Under the pieces are notes generated by a model. The model was not told where the DNA came from, searched no databases, and was given only the letters and a program-made list of their open reading frames with translations. Below, one piece after another: positions 38,313 to 52,315 of a stretch of DNA of 64,000 nucleotides (position 1 is its first letter; each line of letters begins with the position of its first letter). The translations under genes and the position numbers were made by a program. This DNA comes from Octopus vulgaris (Eukaryota). The stretch is from positions 2,108,001 through 2,172,000 of the forward strand of contig OX597816.1 of assembly GCA_951406725.2 (NCBI GenBank). Reading direction: 5' to 3'.

Positions 38313-39311
38313 AGACAAGTTTTGTATACAACATGGCTGTCTTACAGGGTGTAACATATTTTAATTCATAATTTAACATAAATCTTTGAATAATTATGCA
38401 AAGCTGTCTAAAACTGCAGCAACTTCTTCCATCTCTTCATGAAGATGTTTTGTTGCCATCTTCCCACTGCAAATTCAGATAATGCTGTCTGGCCATTAAG
38501 TATTCATTAGTGTCCTTTATGCTGTAAATATATTCCACTCGTACAAATAGATTTTCCTTTTCCAGTCGTGAAGCTGTTTATCTTTATGAAAAATGGTGCA
38601 TTACGGTTATTTTTATAGTGTAGTATTCTGTGGAAGGGAGTGAATGATAAAATTAGTTATTTACAGCTTCAGCTGGATATAGATTACATTACTATGACAA
38701 CTAATTAGTAACTGCTTGTCAGTTCCAATAAAATCTACATGCTAATATATTTTGGTATCTATTGAAAGTTAATGGTTGTTGTCCATTATTTCCCCCATCA
38801 CATTTTATCAGAGATCTAAATTTTTTAAATCAAATTTTCTCTAGTTGACTGTAATTCATAAATATAGACTTTTATATGGAGCAGGTGCTCTAATTTTATT
38901 TTAGAATTAGATAAGATGAATTAAATGCAAATTGACATGCTAGCCTCGTTAGTTGCAGTTCCATTCATAACAGGCCTTTTCTTATAATGATTGAAGTAGG
39001 TCTTCGTTTTGACAACTTCATCCCATAATTTTCATATTTTGAAGATGATCTCTTATTACATTATTTTACTTTTCAATGCTAGCACTGATGCTACTTGTTG
39101 CAGCCGTTGGACTGTGGCCATGCTGGGGCTCTACTCTGAAGGGCTTAGTTGGAATGCCAGTACTTGTTCTTTTTAAACCTGGTTTTTATTCTATTGGTCC
39201 TTTTGCCAAACTGTTAAGTTACAAGGATGTAAACAAACCAGTTCTGGTTGTCAAGTGGTATGGAAACAAAAACAAAGACATGCACATGTGTGCATGATTT
39301 CATATTCTATA

Positions 39312-39354
<43 letters not shown>

Positions 39355-39509
39355 ACTTTTACAAGGAAAAGTTTTGGTGCTTGCCTTCATCAGATAGTCT
39401 AATGAAGGTGAGTTAACCAAAACTTTGTATCACTCATAACCATTTCCCTGAAAAAGTTGATATACACTACTGAAATGATGATGATTGATATATATATATG
39501 TGTGTGTGT

Positions 39510-39980
39510 ATGGAAGTTCGGAGAGGTATTACTTCTGTTGGCAACAAAAGGACTCTCAGATTGAAATGTAGACTGTTTGATGCTTGTGCACAAAAGACTA
39601 TACTCCATGGTAATGAGCCATGGGTGCTGAATGCAGAAGACGTGTAGACTGGAGAGAAAAGAAGGCAATTTCAGTGTGCAGGTAGGACAAAGTGCAAATG
39701 TATTGAGAGAAAAGTTGGGCATAAGAAGAATCAAATGTAGCCTGCAAGAGAGAAGACTATACTGGTTTGGACATGTGATGCATATGAATGAATGAATGAA
39801 TGGAGACAGCTGCATAAAGAAGTGCTGATCAGTGAAAGTGGATGGTACCTGTGGAAGAGGGAGACCCAGGAAGACATGGTAAGGACTGATCTCTGGATGT
39901 TGGGCCTCTCGGAGGAAATGACAATGCACTGAAATGTTTGGCAATATGAGGTTCTTGAGAAGACCCGCCCACATCAGCGA
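39510..39980 (+). mobile_element. Decayed RTE C-terminal fragment
   Basis: 'tggtttggacatgtgatg', 'ggtacctgtggaagagggagacccaggaagacatgg' (GTCGRGRPRKTW). Confidence 0.8.
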
Positions 39981-40019
39981 AACTGAGTTCTAGAAGTGGT
40001 GTGCCTTCCATCTACACTT

Positions 40020-40347
40020 AACAAGAAAACTTCTCACATACCCTACCACAACAAACCAAACTACATCTCTTCCTCACATTTCTACTTCATGCACTATGCT
40101 TACCTCCCACTCCCCAATTCTGTCCTGTTGGCCCTATCTCACTGTATCATTGCTATCCTCTAAACCCCTCCCCCCACTGACCTGTGTGTTCCACCCACAT
40201 GTAACAAGAAAACTTTTCATACACCCTACCCCAACAAATCAATCTACATCTCTACATTTCTTCTCTTCCTCACATTTCATTCTTTATACACTATGCCTAC
40301 CTCTCAATCCTGTCCTCATGGCCCTGTTTCTCTGTATCATTGCTATC
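40020..40347 (+). repeat. Imperfect tandem duplication, period ~183 bp
   Basis: 'aacaagaaaactt..cat/ac.ccctacc.caacaaa...ctgtatcattgctatc' occurs at 40020 and 40203. Confidence 0.75.
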
Positions 40348-41259
40348 TGGTAGCCCCACCTCTCTATCCACATCTTCACCACTCACTTCCCTTCCCCACT
40401 CTCTAATCACGCTTCTTTGGCAAATATCCTGCCACTTAGATTATGGCATTCGAACCTCCTCAAGGTTCTGCCCTGGCACTTGCTACCATCCATATCTCTC
40501 TCTGCCTTTACTCATCCTATTTATATTCTGATCCCCACCCCTTGTGAATATGCCCATCATTTTGCCACCATTTCTATCCTGCTGTCTCATTCACACACTC
40601 TCTCTCTCTCTCTCCTCCTGCTCTTCCCTCAGGTTGGGGAACCATGCATCTCCTTTGCAGCAGAACACCTGTTTCTCTCCTCGTTCCTGATCTCTCTCTC
40701 TCTCTCTCTCTCTAGCCAGTTTCCTCTACTGCTAGACACCTGTTTCGGTCTCTCTACCTCACTATAACCTTTCATCATCTGACACAAAATCACCTCCTCC
40801 AATGCCCCCTCTCCTCTCAAAAGATTTTTTGTTGCACGGTACTTGGAGACCCTGTTAGTGCAGGTGCCACTTAAAAAGCATCCAGTCCACACTGTAAAGT
40901 GGTTTGCATTTGGAAGGGCATCCAGCTGTGAAAACCTTGCCAAAACTGACCTCGCCTGTACTTTTGCCATGTAAAAAGCTCTAAATCTACTGTACTGGTG
41001 GGTGGTTGGTGTTTAGAAGGGCTAACACATCTAAAATAATGAATATGAAAGCAAAAGTCAGTGTGTCTCACATTTTCAACTCTACTCCTCTGACACCCTC
41101 TCTCACTATTCAATGACTCTTCTACTATTCTTCATTCTTGGTTGTTTTTTTAATCCTAACATTTTGAGGAAAATATTTCTCTAAATATTATAATTGTATT
41201 AAGTAACTTAGCCATAAGACATTCTTCGTAATGTTAGGAACTGAAATACATATTGGACT

Positions 41260-41456
41260 CACTCTCATAACTTTCTACTATAAAAATGTTGGAAACTTAG
41301 TATTTTTTCGGATATCAATAAAATTTGTTGGACCTATTTTCATGCCATCAGCCGTCGGAGCACTCTGATGGCATGAAAATAAATTTGACTAATTTTATTA
41401 TTCCCTTAAAAAATACTGAATTTCAAACATATTTTATGGTCAAATAAGTTTAGAGC
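41260..41456. repeat. Old imperfect fold-back (MITE-like)
   Basis: Perfect inner stem tattttcatgccatcag/ctgatggcatgaaaata with a 14 nt loop; outer arms degenerate. Confidence 0.7.
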
Positions 41457-42433
41457 AATTCCAAACCATAGAAATCACACTTTAAAATAGTGTTTAGCGA
41501 CAGTGGTGTAATTTTCCTTCAAATTACCAACAGGAGTTTAGATACGTACCAGCTTTTACAAATAATTGTTTGTACGAAAAGTAAGGCCCTACATAAATCA
41601 AATTGTCTTTAGATTAAGTGGCAGTAGAAGAATTATTGTTGAACTTTTAAAAGGTAAGTTTATTGTTATCTATGGCCAGCTATATGTTGGTTGTTCAAGG
41701 GTAGGGAATGGAAACAAGCTATTTGTACTGACCCCTGAATGGGAAGACAAAAAATGTTGTTTATCTTGCAGCTTTGCAATAAGTTCCAAGTCAACAAATT
41801 ATATCATTTGATGAAAACTGTTCATTGCTTGAAAAATATTGTTCAAGTTTGATAAAATTTTATATGTACTCAATGCATGAAGTGTCATTGTTGGGCCCAA
41901 GGTTCAATGAAGAGCCTCTCACAGGAGCTAGCTTAAAAAAGCTGCCTTGTCAGGTGGCTTTTAAGCAAGTCCAGCTATAAAAATCCTGTCAAAATAATCA
42001 CAGAAGTCTGGTGAAGGCTTTTACCTGGCTGGCTCCTGTAAAAACCATCCCACTCAAGCCAGCACAGAAGGTGGATGTTAAACAATTATGATATCTGCCT
42101 GTCTGTTATGGACTTCTACACAATTTCCATGTACTAAATTTATTCACCTGGCATTGGTTGGCCCAGTGTTGTAGAAGACATCTGTCCAAGGTGCTGCACA
42201 GTAGGACTGAACCCCAAAGCATGTGGTTGCAAATGTTCTTGTCTTTTGCTGTCTGTTTTGTTGACAAGAGCATTAATAATAATTAGTGCATCATTTTGGT
42301 TTATTTAGGAGTTGGTATGCTGATCTTCACTACTTCATTTATTGGTATTGTTATAATAATTTTTTTTTTAGCTTCCTTTGTGACGGAAGCATCAAGTATA
42401 ATTTGAAGCAAATTTATAAGATTGCCAAGTATG

Positions 42434-42996
42434 AACTTTTGATACCAACCTGCCCAAGACCACCCTCAGTCTATGATTCAAACTTCCTGTTTTAAGGTGA
42501 TCATCATCATCATCATCATATGTCCATTTTCCATAATGGCATGAGTTGGACAGTTTGACTGGGGACTAGCAAGCCAGGAGGCTGCACCAGGCTCCAATCT
42601 GATCTAGCAATGTTTCTATAGCTGGGTGCTCTTCCTAATGCCAACCACTGTGAGGGTGTAGTAGGTGCTTTTTACATACTACCGGTATGGGAGCCAGTCA
42701 GGTGGCACTGGCATCGGCCACGTTCGGATGGTGCTTTTTACATGCCACTGGCACAGGAGCCAGCTGGGGTTGGGGGTGGGGGCTGGCATCGACCACGTTT
42801 GGATGGTGCTTTTTACGTGCCACCAGCACAGGAGCCCAGTCAGGCGGGTTAGTAATCTAAAGGAAATTTCCCATCAAAATTTCATGCTAATTTATGTTCC
42901 AAACAGCAGCTTAAGTTATATCATTATATTCATTATTTTTCAAATTTCATTGAAATAAAGAGATTACATTGCAACAAAAATATAACAAAAGGGTTT
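42434..42996 (-). mobile_element. TTAA-type MITE split by an RTE tail (~42500-42850)
   Basis: MITE halves resume on either side of the (CAT)n-led tail. Confidence 0.8.
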
Positions 42997-43190
42997 AATT
43001 CAGTGCTTATTTTAGAAATATTTTCTTTTAGTGAGTTTGTAGTGATGACTCATGATCTCTTTGAATAAAGTGTCTTTGTCCTGACCTTGCATATTATTTT
43101 CACCTGGTCCTTTCTCTGATGTCTCAGTTAGTTGCTTATTGCTTGAGAAGCAGATTCCTAATGCTAGTTACTAACAGACTAACTCACTAA

Positions 43191-43413
43191 CCCATTAGCA
43201 TTCAGATTTCCCTGTCAAATGTAATGATTATTTATTCCCATTGATTTGAGTTAGTCAAGTATTACTTTGTAGCTTTGAGATTTCAAAGACGGGATTGTTA
43301 ATTTTTAAAATAACATTGTAGGGTAAGTGTGAGAGGCCAGATCTACCTTGTTCAAAGGTAAAACAGGCAGACTCTTTTGGCCAGAGATTAGGGCTGGTTT
43401 AAATGCTAAAGGG
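43191..43413. mobile_element. Second piggyBac-type MITE family
   Basis: ctaa|cccattagcatt...aatgctaaaggg|ttaa; related fragment at ~33820-33965. Confidence 0.7.
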
Positions 43414-43526
43414 TTAAAGCTTTAAGATTAAGTTATGTTGACCTGAAAAAATGATATAAGCAATTCCTTACTTAAATTCTCATTAGTTCTTCATCTTTTA
43501 ACTTGACCAAACAGCATTGTATCATT

Positions 43527-44082
43527 TAACCCCTTTTGTTACCACATGTCTATTGAAATACACAACCATTGTTTCAGTTAAATTTGAAAAATAATGAAAA
43601 ATTTAGTGAAAAAAGCTGATGTTTGGAACATAAACATGAAATTTTAATATAGAGCACCATCCGAGCGTGATCGTTGCCAGAGCAGCCAACTGGCTTCCGT
43701 GCCGGTGGAACGTAAAAGGGCACCATTCGAGCGTGATCATTACCAACGTCGCCTTCCTGGCACCTGTGCTGGTGGCATGTGTAAAAAGATTCGAGTGGGT
43801 CTTGCCAATACTGCCTGACTGGCCCCCGTGCCAGTGGCACGTAAAAAGCACCCACTACACTCTCAGAGTGGTTGGCATTAGGAAGGGCATCCAGCTGTAG
43901 AAACTCTGCCAGATCAAGACTGGAGCCTGGTGCAGCCATCTGGTTCGCCAGCCCTCAGTCAAAATCGTCCAACCCATGCTAGCATGGAAAGCGGAAGTTA
44001 AACGATGATGATGAGAACTCTTAAAATAGAATTTATATCCTAGAACTAGGAGTGGTCTCAGTTCAGTTGGTATCAAGAGGTG
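43527..44082 (+). mobile_element. TTAA-type MITE split by an RTE tail (~43652-44013)
   Basis: 'ttaacccc..ttgttacca' start, 'ttggtatcaagaggt' end, RTE tail in between. Confidence 0.8.
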
Positions 44083-44888
44083 AAATGTAATTCTGCAAAT
44101 AGTATATACTCTGTTCTTCAGATTTCAAAATAAGCCATCACTGTTACCACCTCTCCATCATCATCATTGTTAATTAACCAGTCACTACCATCATCAGTTG
44201 ATTGATATAGCTGTAGTTGAATGAATTTATTACAACTAACATATTTGAAAAGGGTTTGAAATTAATTTTTGGCAATCTTTTACTTTTTGTTCATAGTTTA
44301 TTGTTGCCAGAAAAATTATTGGACTCTTTAAGTACTCTTGTTTAATTTGAACAAAGCATCACCCAAAGTGAGGAAATAAAAGCTGAAGAGTTTTACAAAC
44401 TGATAGATTCCAAGTAATTATTTTGTTTTGTCTGTTTTGATGCTACTTCTTCAATTTTAGCAAAGGCTTCATTTAAAGAACAGAACAAATGCATAATAAA
44501 GTGTGTCCTTAAACTAATTGCTAACCCATCAATTATTTACCAGACATTCTTTTGTTAAATTTAGAATGTGAATGTAATATTAATAATGTAAATATTTGAA
44601 TGGATAGATCTTATTTTTAATATTTAAGTGAAGTTTAATTCAGCTTTTGAGTAATTTCTTTTCAGAATTTTCATATCAGACATAGTTGATATGAAATGAA
44701 ATATGTTTAATTTGTGTTTTTATAGGTTATCAGTTTCTTGCTAGTTTTAAATATCTACAGAGGAAAGTCTGCTTTCTTTGGTCTTCTTTGTAGTTGAAAT
44801 TCTTTTTAGTCCAGTTATAAATAGTTGTTGATGTGGGAAGATTTATAAGAAACTGTCAGTAGTGAATTTGAATGGGTTAGGTTCATTC

Positions 44889-44955
<67 letters not shown>

Positions 44956-44974
44956 TTGGCTCCAACATGTCCAA

Positions 44975-45400
44975 GTCATGTTAAGAAGTTTGTTTTTTAA
45001 CCACCCAGGTTCAGGTTCAGTTCTTGTTTTTGACACTTTGGGCAGGTGCCATCTATAATGGCCCTGGGTTGACCAAAGCCTTGTGAATGGATTTAGTAAA
45101 TAGAAACCAAAAGAAGTCTTGTGTGTGTATGTATATATGTGTCTATATATATATGTGGGTGTATTTGTATCTCCTTGTCATTGTGCAATAGTTGTAAATG
45201 AGTGTCACTGTCATACAAACGGTGTCCTTTGTTTCAATTCTCGTGTGAAAACACGTCTGCCTATGGGCCAATATTATCTTATTTGGAAACAAATGAAGGT
45301 TGGTGACAAAGGTGGTGTCTTGTTATAAAAAATTTGCCTCACTGAATTCCATCCAACTCATACAATTATGGAAAAGTAGATGTGAAAACAATAACGATAG
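44975..45400 (+). mobile_element. tRNA-head SINE with RTE-type tail, decayed
   Basis: Head 'ttaagaagttt..aaccac..ggttcagtt'; tail 'tatggaaaagtagatgtgaaa..acgat'. Confidence 0.65.
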
Positions 45401-47305
45401 TATTTGGGTTTCTTTACTATAGTAGCAATGACAATTTTATCTTACTTAAAAAGAGCCTTCCAGCTCCAACCCCAGCCCTAGCAGCCATGTTGAGGGGATA
45501 TTTCTGATAGTGTTACACTGGCAATTAATTCAAAGAAGAATTAGATTAATTTTCATAGCTGAAGAGAATTTGATATGATAGTTTCTACTTATATATGTGA
45601 CTACAATAAATTCCCATGATTAACTTTAAATTTTAGAGCCATTTTCCCAGAAAGTGAGAAGAGTTGAAGGCTGTAAGGCTGAGCTATTTTCCATTGAAAT
45701 CATTGTGCCAAAATATCAGATGAAGATCATCTTCATCTTACTAAGTTTTTCAAATATGTTTGACTACCAGAAGAAAAAGGTGGCTGTAGAAAGCATGGCA
45801 AGGACGACATTGAAGCTTGATGACACGTTGTGGCTCACTGGATCCAGTCAAGCCATCCAAGCCATGCCAACCTGAAAGATGAACATTAAAGAAGGATGTT
45901 AGTGTATATTGTTTCCTAATTATTTAAGAGTCAAAATAATAAGAAAAATATCCGTACAGATATGAAACCTTGTTAATGGTGGTTTCTGTTTATGAATTAA
46001 AATATTGATTCGGTTATACATACCCAATCGAACAATGTTGTAATTTGTCTGAAATCAATAATCTCTTTGCTTGTGTTTGCCACCATTTCAGTAAAAAGAT
46101 TCATAATGCTCCATAGATGAAGTTATCGAATTTTATTGTTAAATTTCTCTTTCTTTCTTTCTTTCTTCTTCTTGTATGTAATTCCTTTTGAGTCTGCAAT
46201 GTCAGATTGATTACTTTTGTTGCTTCAATGCTGCTCATGCTTTTTTATTTACTTTCTAATTATTTTTAAGTAAAGAGAAAAAAAAACATTCACTTTATAT
46301 TAGTATTATTATTTTTTTTGTTTGGTCTTCAACAAGATTGATTTCATATGTTTGTTGTATACTTTTCTAAAGACTAGACACTTGGTGGTAGGTGGGTGGG
46401 AATCTAGATGTTTCACCAATTTGTTGAACCTTACTTTATGTAAATCAAAATCTTAAGGAAATTAAAAAGAAGGAATACAGTCAGGAAAATTAAATAAATA
46501 AATGGAAGATGCTTATTTCTATAATTTTAAAAATTTAAAATGGTTCTGTAATAAAGATGGAAAATTTAATATATATCTTAATTTGCTTATTTCAGTGATC
46601 AAAAAATTATTTCAGTTGAATTAACGAACCAATTTATTTCATTAGCCTCTCCTTGATTTCCAGTTGTTTACATTACATTTTATTTTGATATCTAATGAAG
46701 GTGACAGAAATGGTAGGGCACTGGACATGCAGTGTTTACTTGCTTCACCTTATGCCTTAAGTTCAAATCTCACTGAGGTCCACTTTATTTTTCATCCTTC
46801 TGGGGTTGATAAAATAAGTAACAGTTAAGTGAATTCGGTATAATACTCTCCCAAAATTTGTCTTGTACTGAATGTTAGAAACCCTTAATTTGCCATTTGA
46901 TGTAATACCTCAATTAAACTTGCCCAACTCACTACTGACATATATAGTCACTATGAAAATGTTTGCATCTGTTTTATTAAATTTTAGTTACAAAAAAAAT
47001 GTGGTATAAATTTCTTTTATCATTTATGTATTTATACTTTATATATTTTCATTCTTTCGTTGAGGATGTATTTAGCTTTTGTTACTTATATTCCAAATTT
47101 CTTGTAAGGAGGTGGCCAAAATACACCTTGTTATTTATCTAATTTCATTTAAAAGTAGTATTCACCACATCTGCAAGGTGACTCCCAATTCTGCTGCCAG
47201 CTTTAGGTTGTTCATTAGGAAAGATGAGTTGCCTAGCCATGAGAATTGTTCTGTCACCTACTTAATGCTAATTCTCTCTCTCATATATATATATGTATGT
47301 ATATA

Positions 47306-47338
<33 letters not shown>

Positions 47339-48344
47339 CTCAGTGGTGAAGGGTGACTAGGAAACTAGGGCATGCAGTCCACCCACCCCCATTGAGGTTG
47401 GGTAGGGTTCCATGTGTCCCACTCTCCCCTGTTTTCTGTGAAAAGCATAGTGTTATACATGCTTTGAAAATGTAGGGTGTCTGAAAATGAAAATAGTTTT
47501 CCCCCCTATGATGCACTGTTTTGAAGTAGTTAGTAAGACACAAGAAATGTACATATAACTTTGGAAATCACCTTCCAACAATTTCATCCAACAATTTCAT
47601 CATATTGTCAAATTTAAGAAATAATTTGAAATTCTTTTTAACATTTGGAAGAAAATTCGACATTCACGAACTCTTGAAGCTGATTGAGTGTACCAAATTA
47701 AGTGAATGTGTATAAGAATGTACAACTTCTGTCAGTGATCCAGCTTTTCTGTCTTTACTGATGTCGACTTATCCCCTAAACATTTCTTGAAGCCTTTCCT
47801 TCTCATCAACAAATCACAAAATGTGAAACAGTTAAGATTTCATTTGAAGGTCTGTAGTCTCACCAAGCATAACAGCAACAAATGCTGGGTTTTTCCCAAT
47901 CATTGGCTTAATTGCACCTTTGCTTGTAACAACTATACAATGAAATAATTTTGTTTTGAATATCACTTAAAAACTGAGAGAATGTATTCTTGTACTGACA
48001 AACTTACGGACATGGGAAACAGAAAAACTTGTCCAGAATGGGTCCTCTCGTCATTCACTCAGACTATTCATAATATTTTCAATCAAAATAACGATGACAT
48101 TTCTTGCTGCCCAATTCAGTTTTGATTTTCACCTTAAGATTTGGTGTCTCTTTTCCAAGAATGATAATATTCATATGTTTCAAAGTTGGGGAAAGTAGAG
48201 AGAAAACTGAACTAATTGACCCTTTTGCCATCCTGGGGGTGATTGAAGGCATGAGAAATTCTACTGGGTTATAATTTTTTAAAATGATTTGAAGGTTTAA
48301 GCTAATAGATAATTTAGGCGCTAGTTTACTTTTTTTTTTTTTTA

Positions 48345-49842
48345 CATAAAGGAGGTAGCAGAGTGGAGGCCAAGAACTTCAGACCTATCTCTCTCACCTC
48401 ACACATCAGCAAGGTCATGGAACGAATAGTCAGAAGGAAACTGATCACCTTCCTTGAAGAAAATGACTTGCTGCCTGACACCCAACATGGTTTCCGACCA
48501 GGAAGAAGCTGCTTAACTCAGCTCCTACAACACTATGACTGGGTGCTGAAACGACTGCTCAACCACTCAAATGTGGAAGTGATATATCTCGACTTTGCAA
48601 AGGCCTTTGATAAAGTCGATCATGGAATGATATGTCACAAACTGCGTGATCTTAGCATAGTTGGAAAACTGGGAGAATGGCTTCATGACTTTCTGAAAGA
48701 TAGAAGTCAGGTGGTAGTAGCCAATGGGGCCACTTCCATTAACACACAAATAGTGAGCGGTGTTCCGCAGGGCACTGTTTTGGGACCACTACCGTTCATA
48801 ATGGCCCTCTCAGACATGCTCTCAGCCACGCAGAGAGCCACGATCACAAGTTATGCAGATGATACAAAAGTTTTACAGGCAATACAGAACCCTGAGGACA
48901 CTAAACGCCTGCAATGTGAGCTGGACAAAATATACAAGTGGGCTGAAAAGAATAGCATGCAGTTCAATGCTGAAAAGTTTCAAGCTTTATGCTATCAGCA
49001 TGCAAAACTGAATGCAATACCCAATGAATACACTGGACCCGGAGGAATTGCAATCCCAGAGGCACTATCAGTGCGTGACCTGGGTATTTACATGAGTGAT
49101 GACGCAACCTTTCGTGTACATGTTGCTAAATTGGCAATGAAATGTAGACGATTGGCCGGATGGATTCTCAGAACCTTTAGAACAAGAGAACAAGAAACCA
49201 TGATGGTCCTCTGGAGGACACTTGTCCTAAGCCACTTTGACTATTGCTCTCAGCTATGGTCACCATCCAGTGTCAAGTTGATCACAGAACTTGAGGCGAT
49301 CCAACGTAGCTACACGAAGAAGATAGCCTCTGTGCAGAATATAAGCTACTGGGAAAGACTCAAGAGATTAAAACTCTATTCCTTGGAGCGTAGGCGAGAA
49401 AGATATGCCATAATATACATCTGGAAGATTCTGGAAGGACTTGTCCCAAACTTTGGCATCGAGAGTTACACAAATGCCAGAACTGGGCGCCACTGTGGTG
49501 CCTAGGACTCCAAATTTTCCATCAAGATGTAGGACAAGATACTGTGATAGCCTGGGCTTCCGAGGCCCACAGCTCTTCAATATCCTCTCGAAGAACCTAA
49601 GAGACCTGCATGGGGTGGATGTAGATGTCTTTAAAATGAAACTGGATCTCTTCCTGTCAGGTGTCCCAGATGAACCAACTTCACGGCAGGAGGTGCAGAT
49701 GAGGGCAGCTGCATCGAACTCTCTCATGCACCAAATAGCAGTTGCTAAAAAGCATTCGTGAAGTAAAACCATGTAGCAACACCAAATGGCGGTGCCCCAG
49801 CATGGCCACAGCTCGTGAGCTGAAACTAGAATCAATCAATCA
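48345..49842 (+). mobile_element. 5'-truncated, relatively young CR1-clade LINE (RT ORF 48363-49505 plus 3' UTR)
   Basis: RPISLTS, QHGFRPGRSC, YLDFAKAFDKV, SGVPQGTVLGP, YADDTK, VRDLG; one frameshift near 49495; ends in (AATC)n. Confidence 0.95.
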
Positions 49843-50044
49843 TGACCTTTCTGGAATAACTTTAAATATTTAAAATTAAATTTTAAAGCATTGGCATGAA
49901 TGAATGGATAAAAACTTTTCCTTTTTAGTTACACACTCATACATTGCTGGTTTCTTCTATGTGAAACTCTGGAGTCACATACTGAAATCAGGTCTTAAGA
50001 AGGGATCAACAATTCTCTCTCCATTTGTTAAATCTTTTTAGGAA

Positions 50045-50350
50045 GCAAGCATGGCTGTGGGGTAAGAAGTTTGCTTCCCAACCACATGGTTCCAGATCCA
50101 GTCTTCTACTATATTCTTGGGCTGACTGAGACCTTGTAAGTGAACTTGATAGAGGGAACCTGTGTGTGTGTGTGTCCTTCACCAACACTCGACCACTGGT
50201 GTTGGCGTGTTTCTGTACCCGTAACTTAGCAGTTTGGCATGAGCGACCAAAAGAATAAGCACCGGTCTTTAAAAAAAAGTTCTAGGATAGATTCATTAGA
50301 CTAAAGATTATTTAAGGTAGTGCCCCAGCATGGCCACAATCTACTGATCG
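50045..50350 (+). mobile_element. tRNA-derived SINE, decayed
   Basis: Head 'tggctgtggggtaagaagtttgcttcccaaccacatgg'; tail 'gtgccccagcatggccac'. Confidence 0.75.
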
Positions 50351-50817
50351 TGTACTCTTTGGTACCGAATAATCATATGAAAGCAATAAAACAAACTTGT
50401 AAATTGACTAAATATGCATTTCTTGTCTAAATCTGTCTGACTATGGGGAAAGCCCCAGGAAAGTCACTCACTTTAAGAGGAGGAAAAAAAAAGTTGACAA
50501 TGTGTCTGCTGGCTTAACATGACTGAAAGGCAAGCAGCAAAATATCTGCTTTCCCTATCTTGGTCACTGCTCTTACTATGACTGAAAGCAAGCAGCAAAG
50601 AGTTTGCTTTCTGTTGACAACACAGCTCAAAGGCAAGCAGTAAGATATCTTTCTTTTGCCTTTCTTTCTCTTTATACTAAGAAATGAAGGAATGTGAATT
50701 TAAATATGATTACAATAAACCTAGTGAAAATTATCAACAATCAATTATATATTACACAAAAAATATTTATTGTGGAAAAGTAGTAAGGCATGCATTGCAT
50801 GTAAAGACTCTTCACCC

Positions 50818-50854
<37 letters not shown>

Positions 50855-52029
50855 CATATATAAAATGGTGGTAAGTGCAAGTGTTCTGTAATATTTTTTA
50901 GCTTATAAAAGAAATTTTTTTTGTGACATTATGATAAAAACCTCATTCAGTAACTGCATAGCAGAAAAGTTTTTGGTTCAGTTCCTTTTGGGTATGTATA
51001 TATAAATAGCTGTGTGTGTATATATCTATATATATGCACACACAAATTGTGTTGAATGAAAGCTTCAGTGGAAATGTTATGAGGGGTAGAATCTATTCCC
51101 TAATGTTTTACATCTGCTTTTAAATAGTGCATCTTTCACATGTCACTTCCTTTTAGTGTTTGTCTTTAATATTGATACGGCTTTATTTAAATACTCAGTC
51201 AACTGTCTCTTTTCGAGTTGAACATTTACTATTTCAATCCAGATGCATAAAGATTGCCCCAGCCTTCATCTTTCCCTAATAGGTCATTTCTGTTCACTCT
51301 ATCATAAACTCACTTGAGTTTCTCTGTCTTTAAGCCTGTCAACAACAATGATTGCTTTATTCATTCCTATGTTTAGTTACACATTTCATTTTGCCTTCTG
51401 TGTTGCAAAACCTTTGTAGTTATTCAGTTATTTTATTTTTGTAGAAATATATTTTTGTCATGAATGGAGCATGACCTACTCTTTATATTCAGAAAATTCC
51501 ATTTCTATGAGTAATGATTATTTAAGCAACCTCTACTTTCGATAAACATTGAAAGATAGTGTATGATAGTATATGCTATCTTAGACTATTATAATTGTTA
51601 TGGTTGCAGTTGTTGAATAGGCCTAATTAGTTTTGCTTGAGCAGTTGTTTGGTAGAGGGAGTGTTGATTAAATGTTTGATGATAAACCACAAACTGAATT
51701 TGCTTGTTTAGGCTATAGCTGTTGTTTCTTTTTTCTTCTTTGCATCATGTAGCATTGCAACTCACCTTTATACAAGGACTTCACAGTATAATTGACTTGT
51801 TTTTGTGTTAACTTGCTGTGCTGACTTCAAGACTTCATTATTTTGGCTTGGAGAGGGATGGATCTCTATCTGATTATAAACAACATGAAAAAGGAAATCT
51901 TCAAGTTGGGTTCCTACATCCAAATAACCAAATATACAACACTATTTTACACATTTTAGAACATCAACATTTCCATGGAACAACTCGTATTAATATCAGT
52001 TTGTCTATTTCTTAGTTCTGTATTAAATA

Positions 52030-52315
52030 CTGTAACAGCTTAAGGTTCAAGGGTCCACATTTTTTCAATACCTTGCTAATAACCTCAGAGATCCACGAGG
52101 TATAGATGTGACTGTGTTGAAAGGATTTATATTTGAGATACCAGATGAAACCACATCATGACATGAAATAAAGAAGGGTAGATTTGTCCAATTCACTGCT
52201 GCATTGGAACCAAATCCAGAGAGAGGGTTGGGAAGTGAGTTTGAAATAAACTGGCTGTTGCACTAATTGTGGTGCCTTGGCATGGCCATAGCCCCTGGCT
52301 GAAACCAATAAAAAA
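52030..52315 (+). mobile_element. Old CR1 3' end
   Basis: Resembles 49545-49830; ends 'ggtgccttggcatggccatagcccctggctgaaac'. Confidence 0.65.

Noticed and set aside
41534-41653. Splice-like signals (cag|G..., AAG|gtaagt)
   Set aside because: The implied intron between the two pieces is only ~32 nt and read-through frames hit stops.
48363-49505. Intact RT gene, retron or domesticated RT
   Set aside because: 5'-truncated CR1 copy without endonuclease, frameshifted near 49495, with an ordinary LINE tail.
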